Shown: positions 1-11,620, counted from the first letter of the stretch. The stretch: DNA of 64,000 nucleotides from Octopus sinensis (GCF_006345805.1 NC_043020.1:19530001-19594000); one strand, 5' to 3'. Numbers and translations: made by a program. Notes: generated from the sequence alone by a model not told the origin.

Positions 1-382
1 CTCCCCTTTCACCAGCGTGGTTATAAAATCAGCAAACACTATGCTTTTTTCGGTAAAATCCGAGACAATTAAGTAGAGAGAGATGAATTATAATTTCAAC
101 AATTGAGGGTAAAATTAATTAATTAATTAATCAATTTCACCAAGTATTCAGTATGCAAAGGGACCATTTAAGGCAAATTCAAATTATTACATTATATAAA
201 AGGGCTTAGTAAAATAAATTACTTTGGCCGCATACTGAACTCGTTAGAAATAGCAGCTAAAAAAACTTTTTATAAAACTATTTCTAACACTTAAAGAAAA
301 CCTCTCTCATATAGTGTTTGCTCAATTCAACTCAAGAAAGTATGAGGGTAGAGACATTAAAAAATCAAATGCAAAGGTTATT

Positions 383-435
383 TGAGTACGTACGTTTCAA
401 GATTAGTCAAAATCGACCCTTCTCTCATCAGCTCA
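383..435 (-). ncRNA. Type I hammerhead ribozyme motif
   Basis: Minus strand: TGAG-CTGATGA-GAGAAGGGTCGATTTTGACTAATCTT-GAAA-CGTACG-TA-CTCA. Stem I TGAG/CTCA, stem II GAGA/TCTT plus GTC/GAC, palindromic stem III ACGTACGT, GUA cleavage triplet. Confidence 0.8.
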
Positions 436-949
436 GAATGCCTTGTTTGAATTTGAAAACACTGAAAATGGGAGCATACCCTTTCGGCTTGTTATCGCTT
501 CTGAAGATCTGTTCCAAACTAACAGTGCCAACAAACTCAAATATGCAAGAGAAAAATTTCTGCTCTCCCCTTTCCACCAGCGTGGGTTAAAATCAGCAAA
601 CACTATGCTTTTTTCGGTAAAATCCGAGACAATTAAGTAGAGAGAGATGAATTATAATTTCAACAATTGAGGGTAAAATTAATTAATTAATTAATCAATT
701 TCACCAAGTATTCAGTATGCAAAGGGACCATTTAAGGCAAATTCAAATTATTACATTATATGCTGATTTACAATTATTACATTATTTGCTGATTTTAACC
801 CACGCTGGTGGAAAGGGGAGAGCAGAAATTTTTCTCTTGCATATTTGAGTTTGTTGGCACTGTTAGTTTGGAACAGATCTTCAGAAGCGATAACAAGCCG
901 AAAGGGTATGCTCCCATTTTCAGTGTTTTCAATTCAAACAAGGGCATTC

Positions 950-1002
950 TGAGCTGATGAGAGAAGGGTCGATGTTGACTAATCTTGAAACGTACGTACT
1001 CA
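950..1002 (+). ncRNA. Type I hammerhead ribozyme motif (inverted copy)
   Basis: TGAG CTGATGA(954-960) GAGAAGGGTCGATGTTGACTAATCTT GAAA(987-990) CGTACG TA CTCA. Catalytic core intact. Confidence 0.8.
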
Positions 1003-1181
1003 AATAACCTTTGCATTTGATTTTTTAATGTCTCTACCCTCATACTTTCTTGAGTTGAATTGAGCAAACACTATATGAGAGAGGTTTCTTTAAGTGTTAG
1101 AAATAGTTTTATAAAAAGTTTTTTAGCTGCTATTTCTAACGAGTTCAGTATGCGGCAAAGTAATTTATTTACTAAGCCCTT

Positions 1182-1220
<39 letters not shown>

Positions 1221-1223
<3 letters not shown>

Positions 1224-1570
1224 GCAAGTGTCTTGGGCAAGTGTCTTCTGTCTTCTACTATAGCCCGGGCCGACCAATGCCTTGTGAGTGGATTTGGTAG
1301 ACGGAAACTGAAAGACCTGTCGTAATATTATATATATATAATATAATATATATATGTGTGTGTGTGTGTGTGTCTGTCTGTCTTTGTCCCCCTAGCATTG
1401 CTGGTGTGTTTACGTGCCCGTCACATAGCGGTTCGGCAAAAGAGACCGCTAGAATAAGTACTGGGCTTACAAAGAATAAGTCCCGGGGTCGATTTGCTCG
1501 ACTAAAGGCGGTGCTCCAGCATGGCCGCAGTCAAATGATTGAAACAAGTAAAAGAGTAAAGAGTGAAGAG
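1221..1570 (+). mobile_element. tRNA-derived SINE family A (5'-truncated)
   Basis: Shares the TGGGCAAGTGTCTT core, internal (TA)/(TG) microsatellite and CAGCATGGCCGCAGTCAAATGA..GAAACAAGTAAAAGAG tail with more than 10 other copies in the window. Confidence 0.85.
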
Positions 1571-2529
1571 TATATATATATATATATATTGTGAAGACCT
1601 CAACTTTCTGAGATCATTTCTTAGATATTTACTAACATTGCCAAGTCCACCATGGATTACAGGTATATGTAAATGTGAACACTTTCTAGAGTATGCTCGG
1701 TATTTAGAAGAATTATTTTTTACCACAATGACGCCAAGTGGTCATCTGATTTCACAACGTTTTTTTTTTTATTTTCGAGTCCCATTTAATATCAAGTTAG
1801 ATGTGGGTTTTTTGTTTGTTTGTTTGTTTTTTGTTTTTTTTTTGCTTGTTTCCTTTTTTATTTTTAGATTCAATCAAAACTCTGCATGTCGATCATGTAT
1901 TTAGAAAAGATAACAGGTATGTGAGCATCAATGCACTAATCTTCATCTTCTACCTTCTACCTCTTGCATCTAACTAACGCCTGTTATCCTCTGCTACCAC
2001 AGTGCTTAAATTCGGTATTTTACGTACCAAACACTGTAAGCTTTGCCAACTCCAATGTCTCTTTACCTTTTCTGTCTCGCTCTTTCTCTTTCACTCTCAT
2101 CACTTTATCCTCCCCACACACACTCTCTCACTCTCTCTCTCTCTCTCATTCTTTCTCTTTCTCTCCATCAAGAAACCAGTTGTAAAGTTAAGAGTTTTTG
2201 CAGAAAACTTGAATGATGTGGTATCAACACTGATTATGCTGCCACGCATGTCAACTAGTGGTTTCACATAATAGCTGATCATAATTAATTTAAAGAGGAC
2301 GGCAAATTTAGTAGATGCAATTTCAAATAACGGTCGACACCAAGTCTAGTCTCTTTTGCAAACAACTTGCTTCATATGAAGTTTGAATCAATAATGCCTC
2401 GGAGAAAAGGCTTTATACCGCGCACACATTTTTATCTAGGTTATAAAAATGATTCACTTCAGTTAAATTGATTCCATCTACTCAGTTTCCAGGCCTTGCA
2501 TAGAGAAAGGCCTCCTCAGGTTCCACACA

Positions 2530-2660
2530 ACAATACCTGACCAGTTGTGTTCGAATTTAGTGGCTGTTTTAATTTCTAAGTTCCACCAATATTCTTCTAA
2601 CCCATCAGTCTCAATTTGTTCAACTTCGTCCGTAAGTGATTTTTTTTTTGTTAACCTGTT
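2530..2660 (-). mobile_element. Degenerate fragment of an RLE-endonuclease (R4/Dong-type) LINE
   Basis: Translation EYWWNLEIKTATKFEHNWSGIVVW resembles the LWDFxIxTDxxIxHNRPDIVV motif seen intact at 24.4 kb. Confidence 0.4.
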
Positions 2661-2822
2661 CCGTAGATGTATGTATATGTATATATGTTTGCATGTACGC
2701 ATGTATGTATGTGTTTGTGTCAATAATGCTCATACACACACGCACACACATACATACATAACATACATACATACATACATACATACATACATACATACAT
2801 ACATACATACATACATACATAC

Positions 2823-3325
2823 ATTATTATTATGGCTGCCCCCTCGTTATCGAGTATGGCCATTGCACGAAGCTTAACTGTTACTGGTGCTGTAATTGAA
2901 TGTGACTTTTTAGCCCAGCTAAAGATCTACAATGTCTTGTACAGAATTGGCAACTAAAATCTTTACCGGTAATAGCCGGCTGTAGTTGTAACTGGGCTTC
3001 ATGTACCTTTGCATGTCGTTTAAGTCCTCCCGCCGAATTACACTCTCTTCCACATGCCCGACAGATATGATTACTATGGTGTGTAACACCACCACTAGTG
3101 GCCAGGTTGTCACTCATCTGTCTCGCTTTATGACTACGAAGATGACTCTTGAGTCCAGCTTTACTGAGGCAGAGTCCTTTCTGACATCCCTCCTTACTTT
3201 CTCATGTGCAACTCGAGATTTCTCAAAAGTGACTGTCCCCTCGTGCACAATCCTTCTCCACCTGCTACGATCAATAGCTATGCCTTCCCATGTGTCAGGA
3301 GAGAAGCAAGCATCTCTTAAGGAAA
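2823..3325 (-). mobile_element. RTE-clade LINE 3' end with two C2H2-type fingers, embedded in (TACA)n
   Basis: KPKKRYKD...WEGIAIDRSRWRRIVHEG, then CRACGRECNSAGGLKRHAKVH and CQFCTRHCRSLAGLKSH. (ATAC)n on both sides. Confidence 0.85.
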
Positions 3326-3476
3326 CCTTCTGCAAGTCCTTATACCTCTTTTTTGGTTTATGTGGAGGTCGTTCTCCTTTAGCATACATACATACATACA
3401 TACATACATACATACATACATACATGTAAATCCAAAATTCATATGCTACAAGTGATCACGATATCTAGGACTATAG

Positions 3477-4520
3477 CAGGGGTGGCCAAACCTCTGCTCG
3501 CGAACCACATACGACTCTTTGGCCTTTAATAAGCGGCTCGTAGACTCTTTTTGGATGAGCTCCTTTTTACATCACAGTTTTTATAAAAAGTAAGAAAAAT
3601 TCCAAGCTTTATAATTATTTACTGGGTATGAATTGAGACCCCCATTGGATTAAAATGTAAGTTTAATGTTCATGGTTAGTAAAAATATTTAAGAATTTTA
3701 TATCTTAATTTTAATGCTACATCTGAGTTCTTTAGTACTGAGGGAAGGAATGGTGGGAAACAGGGAGATTAAAGAAATTTCCGGTCAGCAAATGGTTACA
3801 GGGGAATGTCAGAAGACTGAGATCGTGGGTAAAGGGATTAAAGGTTTCGGTACACCGGGGAGGGAGAGTGTCACAGGTGGCTTAATGAGTCTAGGCCTGA
3901 CTGCACTCACATCATGTACATTAATGCAGTGTAACACAAGACGTTGAACTGTGCAGACCTTCGGATACAAGTTTTGGTTAAAAGTGTCTGTGAAAATTTT
4001 GTGAAGGAAAATAGTCTCCTCAAAATCTAAGAAACGAAAATATGAAGATGAAAACAGAAATTTTAAGCCAGAGTGGGAGGAAGATTTTGCATTCGCCGTT
4101 AGAGGAGGGGAACCTTTGTGCCTTATCTGCCATGTGCCAATCAGTCTTTACAAAACCAATAACTTGAAACGCCACTATGAAACAAACCACAAAAACTTTT
4201 CGTAAGATTATCCACCTAAATCAGAATTAAGGAAAAACTAGATAACTGTTAAAATCATCGTTAAATAGCCAGCGGACACTGTGGTTGGCAACATTCAGTA
4301 AGGAAGTTGATACAACGACTGAAGCCAGTTTTATTATGTCATGGAATATTGCTCGTGCTAAACGCCCATACTTTGATGGCGAATTTGTTAAGAAGAATAT
4401 GGCTGAAGTTGTTGCAGTGTTAGATACAAAAAACACAAGACTTCAGCGACTAATAGCACAAACACCAGTTTCACGCATCTCTCAGACCAGTGCTGATGTT
4501 GCAGGCAAAATGCAAAATGA
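3477..4520 (+). mobile_element. hAT (Charlie/SPIN-type) DNA transposon 5' fragment with decayed transposase
   Basis: Terminal CAGGGGTGGCCAAAC at 3477. Translation KKRKYEDENRNFKPEWEEDFAF...PLCLICHVPISLYKTNNLKRHYETNH (BED-like finger), then ASFIMSWNIARAKRPYFDGEFVKK, with stops and frameshifts. Confidence 0.85.
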
Positions 4521-5257
4521 ACTTTTCTCCAGTTCCAAATGTGAATTTGTCTGTGTTAACTACATCCCAAAGATGGGGTCTTGTATCTTTGTTGGAAACT
4601 GGCTCCCTCCTCGGTGGAAGATTTATAATAATTAAAAAAATTGAAGAGACACACATACATACAGTATGTGGAAGCCATTGCAACTCATAATAAAAAAAAG
4701 ATTACTGGTGAAATGTCCCAGTGAAAACCTCAATAAAATGTAAGCACAACAGACCTGATATAATGATTTGGGTTAAAGAAGAGAAACTGTGTACAGCTAT
4801 GGAAATTGGCTGCCCCACACTGAACTATTGAAAAAATATGCAGTTACTCTATCCAGATTAAAGCTTCATGTTTATACCTGTAATTACTGGGGCAAATCTA
4901 CACAAATACATATATACAAAAATACCATGTTGATGTTTTCGAAATTTCAATGAAGGAGCCTTAGACCTAGGTTAGAAACCCGTTCTTTCTCTATTGGCAA
5001 GAAATCTTGAAATATAACTGAATAATGACATCCATATAAGCATACAGATAACTGACAATGTTTTATACACCCTCGTCATTGCCACCGCTACCACTACAAT
5101 CATCATCATATTTATTATATTCCTCGTTGCCCATACGACACACCAACAACATCAGTAATGTCATTGATTGTCCTCTGATGATCTTCATGCACAAACTGAT
5201 GGATTTTCTCCACATTTCCAGGGCTGACACTCATGGTAGGTCTTCCAGATCACCCAT

Positions 5258-5578
5258 CGTCATTTGTCTGTGGCCATGCTGGAGCACCGCCTTTAGTCGA
5301 GCAAATCGACCCCAGCTCTTATACTTTGTAAGCCTAGTACTTATTCTATCGGTCTCTTTTGCCGAACCGCTAAGTTACGTGGACATAAACACACCAACAT
5401 CGGTTGTCAAGCGATGTTGCGGGGACAAACACAAACACACACATACATATATACGACAGGCTTCTTTCAGTTTCCGTCTACCATATCCACTCACAAGGCT
5501 TTGGTCGGCGCGAGGCTATTGTAGAAGACATTTGCCCAAGGTACCATGCAGTGGGACTGAACCCGGAACCTTTTGGTT
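5258..5578 (-). mobile_element. SINE family A
   Basis: Reverse complement of the family A body and tail. Confidence 0.85.
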
Positions 5579-5579
5579 C

Positions 5580-5870
5580 ATAAGACACTCCTTTCCGCTT
5601 TTGAAACGCCTCGGTCACTCGAAACATTACCTCGTCGCCGTCAGCTTGCCGAAACATGCTCAATATCTCTGTAACAGGCTTACCAAGTTCAACGCAAAAT
5701 TTCACGTTGGCTCTTTGTTCCAACTTCCTGTCCATCACAAAAATCGCATGCACGTGATCACAAAAACACAAATTTGACAACTTGCGAAGCAAACTCAGCC
5801 ATGTTACTCGGCACACTGCCCCATGAAGGTCCCTGCTTGCTCTGACTGCGCACGCAACCGTGTGCTGCCG
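5580..5870 (-). mobile_element. Tc1/mariner transposase 5' fragment
   Basis: MDRKLEQRANVKFCVELGKPVTEILSM.RQA.GDE matches the N-terminal HTH of mariner transposases. Confidence 0.8.
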
Positions 5871-5877
5871 TATATAT

Positions 5878-6260
5878 CTTTCATCTTTTACTTGTTTCAG
5901 TCATTTGACTGTGGCTATGCTGGAGCACCGCCTTGGAAAACTTTTAGTCGAATGTATCGGCCCCAGTACTTATTTATTTGTAAAACCTTGGACTTATTCT
6001 ATAGGTCTCTTTTGCCGAACCGTTAAGTTATGGAGGCGTAAACGCACTAACACCGGTTGTTGAGCGACGTGAGGGACAAAGACAGACACAAACATACACT
6101 CGTAGATAAATATATACGCCGGAGCTTCTGTCAGTTTCCTGTCTACCAATTCCACTCACAAAGCTTTGATCGACCCGAAGCCACAGTAGAAGGCACTTGC
6201 CCAAAGTACCACACAGTGGGACTGAACCCGGAACCATATGGCTGGGACGCAAGCTTCTTA
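5878..6260 (-). mobile_element. SINE family A
   Basis: Reverse complement of the family A consensus, diverged. Confidence 0.8.
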
Positions 6261-6734
6261 TATGTGTATATATGTATATATGTATGTATGTGCGTATACA
6301 TATCTTAATGCACACAGCGTTGACCTGGGGTTAAACAACAACTTTCAAGCACCACTACCACCACCCCTCCGCCACCATGCTACAACAACCAACAACAACA
6401 CATCCTAACTACCACCGCCCCCACCAGCTCCACCCTAATTACGACCAACCTTTGTTACTGATTGCCGTATTAGACGTGTGTCTGTCTGTCTGTCTCAGCA
6501 CGGTTCCCATCTATTAACCATTCCAACAACATCTCCCATCGTCGTCGCCACCACCATCTCCAGCACCACCACAACCACCACCTACATCACACTGCTCCCC
6601 TCACTCACCACCACAACCTTCATCCCACTCCGAAGTCCCTTAATTGGTTAACTGCCTAATTAAGGCACCGAATATCTTTTATTCCTATATCTGTTGATAT
6701 ATCTCTGGAATAAATATGTGGTTATAACAGTGCG

Positions 6735-6885
6735 TTGGCGATGGTGGTGGTGGTGGTGGTGTTGGTGGTGGTGGTGGTGGTGGTGGTGTTGGCGATGGTG
6801 GTGGTGGTGGTGGTGCTGGTGGTAGTGGTAGTGGTAGTGGTAGTGGTGGTAGTGGTAGTGCTGGTGGTGGTGCTGGTGGTGGTGT
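6735..6885. repeat. (GGT/AGT)n microsatellite
   Basis: Direct inspection. Explains the poly-Val ORF. Confidence 0.95.
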
Positions 6886-7019
6886 TTATGATGATTTGGC
6901 AGCCAGTAATTCTATAATTATTGTTGTTGATCGTGATTGTAGAGTTGTCGTGATTTTCTTGCTGCTGTTGTTTTGATGATGGTGGTGGCGGTTAGTGTGG
7001 TTGATTTGTAGGTAGCATA

Positions 7020-7055
7020 TATATACGCATGTGTGTATACATATATTAATATATA

Positions 7056-7091
<36 letters not shown>

Positions 7092-7311
7092 TGGTGTGTG
7101 TGTGTTATACATATATATACACGTATATGTACATTATTACGTCTAGTGTATATTGATGTTATATACGTATACAAATATAAATGTACACGTAGATGTATGT
7201 ATATACATAATGTGTGTGTATGGTATATATATATATTACATAGATATATATATAATAATATATATATAGTATATATATATAATATATACATAATATTATA
7301 TATATATATAT

Positions 7312-7351
<40 letters not shown>

Positions 7352-7425
7352 TACATATATATATATAAGTATATACATGCATGTATATGTGCATGCGTAT
7401 AGTCCTACATGCACATTTATATGTA
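7020..7425. repeat. (TA)n-rich compound microsatellite
   Basis: Direct inspection. Confidence 0.95.
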
Positions 7426-7775
7426 CATATGCTTGTAACTCAACAAACGTATTTTAACGACAAATACGACAAACTTTGAAATATGTATTCGACCTTGAGT
7501 GGAAGCATGAAGGCAGAAAATGTTAGAAAACAAACATTACATTGGCCACGCACACTCCGCGCCTTCGCTTAGATTAATCATGCATATACATCTCTGAGGC
7601 ATTGCGATACTTTACTGCTATGCATATATTGCAAATTCACACTCTGATGAGACAAAGGAGCCCTCTACGCGTTTGCTCCGCCTGGTAGAAACAGCGGCCA
7701 AATCGCCTGCTAATGACAGCCAAGCGTCTTAGAAAAGAAGGTAACTTTGGATAGTGTGAAATGGCGGCTCTATAG

Positions 7776-8069
7776 CGGTGGTTCTCAACCGGGGTTCACA
7801 TGAACTTTGGAGTCCATATGACCCTTGGGGAGTCCATCACCCTTAGGGCCCATACAAGATTTTGGTGTTTAAGTTTACGTGCAATAAATTGGTTATACTT
7901 CTCCAATACACAAAATATTTTAATAATTTTTTAATACAATTCCTAATAATGTTTAATTATAAAATATATAATGGGATGATTTTTTAAACAACAAATCGTT
8001 ACGGAATCCATCCATGTGAAACAGGAGCCAAGGAGCTCCTTAGGTCAAAAAAGGGGTTGAAAAACAATG
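7776..8069. mobile_element. hAT-type MITE
   Basis: TIRs CGGTGGTTCTCAACC / GGTTGAAAAACAATG. Imperfect 8-bp TSD CTCTATAG / TTCTATAA. Confidence 0.7.
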
Positions 8070-8094
8070 TTCTATAATGTAGGGAGACCAAATA

Positions 8095-8769
8095 CTGGCG
8101 CACCTCAACTTGCGTCGTTTCGAGTTACGTCCTTTTTTTAACGTTAGGTCCTTTTTTTAAGAAATAAAACCTGAACTTCAGTCGATTTATCTGCCTTTTT
8201 TAAAAATCGCTCAAAGATCAATACTGGAGTGGGAAAAAATCAAATAAGATATGAAAAGTGGCTGTGTGGTAAGTAGCTTGCTTACGAACCACATGGTTCC
8301 GGGTTCAGTCCCACTGAGTGGCACCTTGGGTAAGTGTCTTCTACTATAGCCTCAGGCCAACCAAAGCCTTGTGAGTGGATTTGGCAGACGGAAACTGAAA
8401 GAAGCCCATCGTATATATGTATGTGTGTGTGTGTGTGTGTATAGGTAAGTGTGTGTATATGTTTGTGTGTCTGTGTTTGTCCCCCCAATATCGCTTGACA
8501 ACCGATGCTGGTGTGTTTACGCCCCCGTAACTTAGTGGTTCGGCAAAAGAGACCGATAGAATAAGTACTAGGTTTACAAAGAATAAGTCCTGGGGTCCAT
8601 TTGCTCGACTAAAGGTGGTGCTCCAGCATGGCCGCAGTCAAATGACTGAAACAAGTAAAAGAGTAAACATTTTATTAAAATAGATATAAGCTAATAAATT
8701 TTTACATTGCTTTTCAAATTAAGTCGCATACTTTGGAACCAATTACGGACGTAAGTTGAGGTACGCATG
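8095..8769. mobile_element. Tigger/pogo-like MITE interrupted by a SINE
   Basis: Inverted ends CACCTCAACTTGCGTC / GACGTAAGTTGAGGTA, with a SINE A copy nested at 8257-8667. Confidence 0.55.
8257..8667 (+). mobile_element. SINE family A, near full length
   Basis: Head AGTGGCTGTGTGGTAAG (A box) and GGTTCAGTCCC (B box), core and tail. Confidence 0.9.
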
Positions 8770-9353
8770 TTCTAGTTTAATTAATATTTTCACCTATAAT
8801 AAAAGGACAATTCTTTGTCTTTTAATGAAAATTTTTTAGACAAATAAAAGATTGAAAATTAATTTTTCGAAATTGAAGACATGGTCAAATGGTTTGCTAT
8901 TTCTGGAGCGCTTTTTATCAGAGGTCTGTTCAATCAAAGCTAATCTGGAGCTATAACCAACAACAATGCTGTAAAGGCGTCAGTGGTTTAGTTGATAAGA
9001 GTGCTGGTAAACTTTGGTTTAGATAAAAGATAAAAAAAGGTCCCAAATTCTAATTTTGTTCGCTACCATGTACGCACACACAGGAATAGAACACCTGATG
9101 ATGTCAATTGTAGCTGAAACAGAACAAATTTTTATCTGGATCGTAGTCTCTAAATAAATGATAAACTTATTAACAAACAGAGACACCATTCTACAGCACA
9201 GATATCAATTGGAAAATTTATTATCTCTAAAAGTCCCTGCACATATCAAAGCAGAGAAACTCCTTGTGATCTCTGATTTACTAGAATTAGCAACGAAATT
9301 TTCTCAAATATACTCTACCATATTTTTTTTAAAAGGGGGCAATTATTATATAA

Positions 9354-9647
9354 GGCGGCGAGCTGGCAGAAACGTTAGCACGCCGAGCGAAATGCTGAGC
9401 GGTATTTCGTCTGCCGTTATGTTCTGAGTTCAAATTCCGCCGAGGTCGACTTTGCCTTTTATCATTTCGGGGTCGATAAATTAAGTACCAGTTACGCACT
9501 GGAGTCAGTATAATCGACTTAATCCGTTTGTCTGTCCTTGTTTGTCTTCTCTGTGTTTAGTCCCTTGTGGGTAGTAAAGAAATAGGTATTTCTCTGTCGT
9601 TACGTTCTGAGTTCAAATTCCGCCAGGGCCGACTTTGCCTTTCACCT
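9354..9647 (+). mobile_element. tRNA-derived SINE family B plus partial tandem second unit
   Basis: GGCGGCGAGCTGGCAGAAACGTTAG head, GAGTTCAAATTCC B box, tail GTAGTAAAGAAATAGGTATTT, then restart at an internal site. Confidence 0.85.
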
Positions 9648-9648
9648 A

Positions 9649-9766
9649 GCTTACGGCCATATCACGTTGAAAGCACCAGTTCTCGTCCGATCACCGAAGT
9701 TAAGTAACGTCGAGCCTAGTTAGTACTTAGATGGGTGACCGCTTGGGAAACCTAGGTGCTGTAAGC
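9649..9766 (+). rRNA. 5S: 5S rRNA, solitary full-length copy (orphon or probable pseudogene)
   Basis: GCTTACGGCCATATCACGTTGAAAGCACC...GATCACCGAAGTTAAG...TTAGTACTTAGATGGGTGACCGCTTGGGAAACCTAGGTGCTGTAAGC, 118 nt. Helix GCTTAC/GTAAGC and helix GCCTAG/CTAGGT pair. No downstream oligo-T terminator. Confidence 0.95.
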
Positions 9767-9777
9767 GTCACACATTT

Positions 9778-10165
9778 GGCGCAGGAGTGGCTGTGTGGTA
9801 AGTAGCTTGCTTGCCAACCACATGGTTCCGGGTTCAGTCCCACTGCGTGGCACCTTGGGCAAGTGTCTTCTACTATAGCCTCGGGCCGACCAAAGCCTTA
9901 TAAGTGGATTTGATAGGCAGAAACTGAAAGAAGCCCGTCGTATATATGTATATGTATATATGTGTGTGTGTGTGTGTTTGTGTGTGTGTCTGCGTTTGTC
10001 CTCCCCCCCCACTCCCAACATCGCTTGACAACCGATGCTGGTGTGTTTACATCCCCGTAACTAGCGGTTCGTCAAAAGAGGCCGATAGAATAAGTCCTGG
10101 GATCGATTTCCTCGACTAAAGGCGGTGCTCCAGCATGGCCGCAGTCAAATGACTGAAACAAATAA
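9778..10165 (+). mobile_element. SINE family A, full length
   Basis: Starts at the family 5' end GGCGCAGGAGTGGCTGTGTGG (same start as 21552). Complete tail. Confidence 0.9.
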
Positions 10166-10257
10166 AGGAATAAAAGAAAGGTGATCCAACGTGCGTTATG
10201 CCTGAAAAAATGTCGGGATAATCGTGAATGGAATGCCTTTGATTATAAATCTGCTGA

Positions 10258-10510
10258 AGGCGGTGAGCAGGCAGAACCGTTATTGTGCTGGGCAAAATGC
10301 TTAGCGATATTTCTTTTGGTTCTAAGGTGGCGGGCTGGTAGAATCGTTTGCACGCTGGCCAAAATACATTGCGGCGTTCCGTCCGTCTTTTCGTTCTGAG
10401 TTCAAATCCCGCCGAAGTCAACTTTATCTTTCATCCTTCCGGATTCGATAAAATAAGTACCAGTTGAGTACTGGGGTTGATGTAATCGACTTACCCCGTC
10501 TTACACCGAA
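10258..10510 (+). mobile_element. SINE family B copies
   Basis: Two heads (GGCGGTGAGCAGGCAGAA, GGCGGGCTGGTAGAATCG) and the family B body. Confidence 0.75.
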
Positions 10511-10629
10511 CTTGACGTAATCGACTTACTCCGAATTTGCTGGCCTTGTGCCGATATTTCTTCCGGTTTTATTTCGACGGTGAAATTCCACCGAGATTGA
10601 CTTTACCTTTCAATGTTTTAAGGGTTGAT

Positions 10630-10920
10630 GAAATATGTATATATCTATCGGTTTCTTTTGCCAAACCGATAAGTTACGGAGACGCAAACACACCAGCATC
10701 GGTTGTCAAGCGATGTTGGGGGGAAAACACAGACACACAAACATATATATATATACATATATACGATGAGTTTCTTTCAGTTTCCGTCTACCAAATCCAC
10801 TCACAAGGCTTTGGTCGGCCCGAGGCTATAGTAGAAGACATTTACCCAATGTGCCACGTAATGGGAATGAACCCGGAACCATGTGGTTGGCAAGCAAGCT
10901 ACTTACCACACATCCACTCC
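10630..10920 (-). mobile_element. SINE family A
   Basis: Reverse complement of the consensus, tail truncated. Confidence 0.85.
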
Positions 10921-10934
10921 TGTGCCTTAATTTT

Positions 10935-11155
10935 TTTTTAATAATGGTCTCAAATTTTGGCACAAGGCCAGCAATTTCGGGTGAGGGGTTAAGTCGATTA
11001 CATCGATCCCAGTATTTAACTGGTACTTCTTTATCGTCCTTGGAAGGACGAAAGGCAAAGTCGATTTCGGTGGAATTTGAACTCGGAAAGTAAAAGCGGA
11101 CGAAATACCACTAAGCGTTTCGCCCGAACGTGCTAACGATTCTGCCAAGTTACCG
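10935..11155 (-). mobile_element. SINE family B
   Basis: Reverse complement of the family B head and body with an alternative tail. Confidence 0.8.
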
Positions 11156-11179
11156 CCATAAATTCTTTATGCCTTAGGA

Positions 11180-11620
11180 TGGACGGAAGTACCCATAGCT
11201 CCTTTGAGGATCCGGTTACTGAGCGTAAATAGACTGACATTGTTTCTCCCGCATCAGGCGATGCATGGGGCATTCAAAGTACTCGGGCAGAATCGATCAG
11301 CAGCCAATCTTAACGCATCGTTGTATCGTGGGTTTATCAGCTGAGGGTCTCTGTCAATCGTCTGGCACCAGTTCATGCTGGAGCAGCCCCTGCACTGTTG
11401 CTCCTGAAGGTTCCACTTGTTTCGCAAGTCTGTTCGTTGAGAGTCTTCTTACAACATGTCCCAGTCAACTCGGTCAGTGCTTGCGGATGATGGACTCTGG
11501 ACGTTGGTCTGCTCTTCTGACCTCTCCGTTACCGACAAAGTTGCTCCAATTGATATCTAAGATTTTCCGGAATCATCTGCACTCAAAAGCTTTTGAGATA
11601 GGGCACTTCACTAACGATTC
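11180..11620 (-). mobile_element. Decayed RTE-clade LINE, C-terminal RT region
   Basis: Minus-strand translation KAFECR*FRKILDINWSNFVGNGEVRR...IIRKH*..*LGHVVRR...RLAKQ, with several stops. Confidence 0.7.

Larger units (their letters stand above)
1..1190. mobile_element. Penelope pLTR-like / retrozyme-like 564-bp repeat: tandem units (1-770) plus an inverted copy (787-1190) ending in (TA)n
   Basis: AAAATCAGCAAACACTATGC recurs at 25 and 589 (period 564). 787-1190 is the reverse complement of about 194-598, and ORFs 318-590(+) and 795-1067(-) are near identical. Each full unit carries an HHR motif. Cut by the window edge. Confidence 0.75.

Noticed and set aside
443-640. ORF ending REKFLLSPFHQRGLK, superficially like a GIY-YIG C-terminus
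   Set aside because: Antisense to the hammerhead, no GIY/YIG motif, short. Treated as a chance ORF in the repeat.
5058-5777. 239-aa ORF
   Set aside because: Runs through the antisense of a SINE and a mariner fragment. The same SINE-derived peptides recur throughout the window.
7636-7760. CTGATGA with a distant TTCACACT/AGTGTGAA pairing and a GAAAC
   Set aside because: No stem III and no NUH triplet in register. The downstream part is a dispersed repeat tail also seen inverted near 52140.
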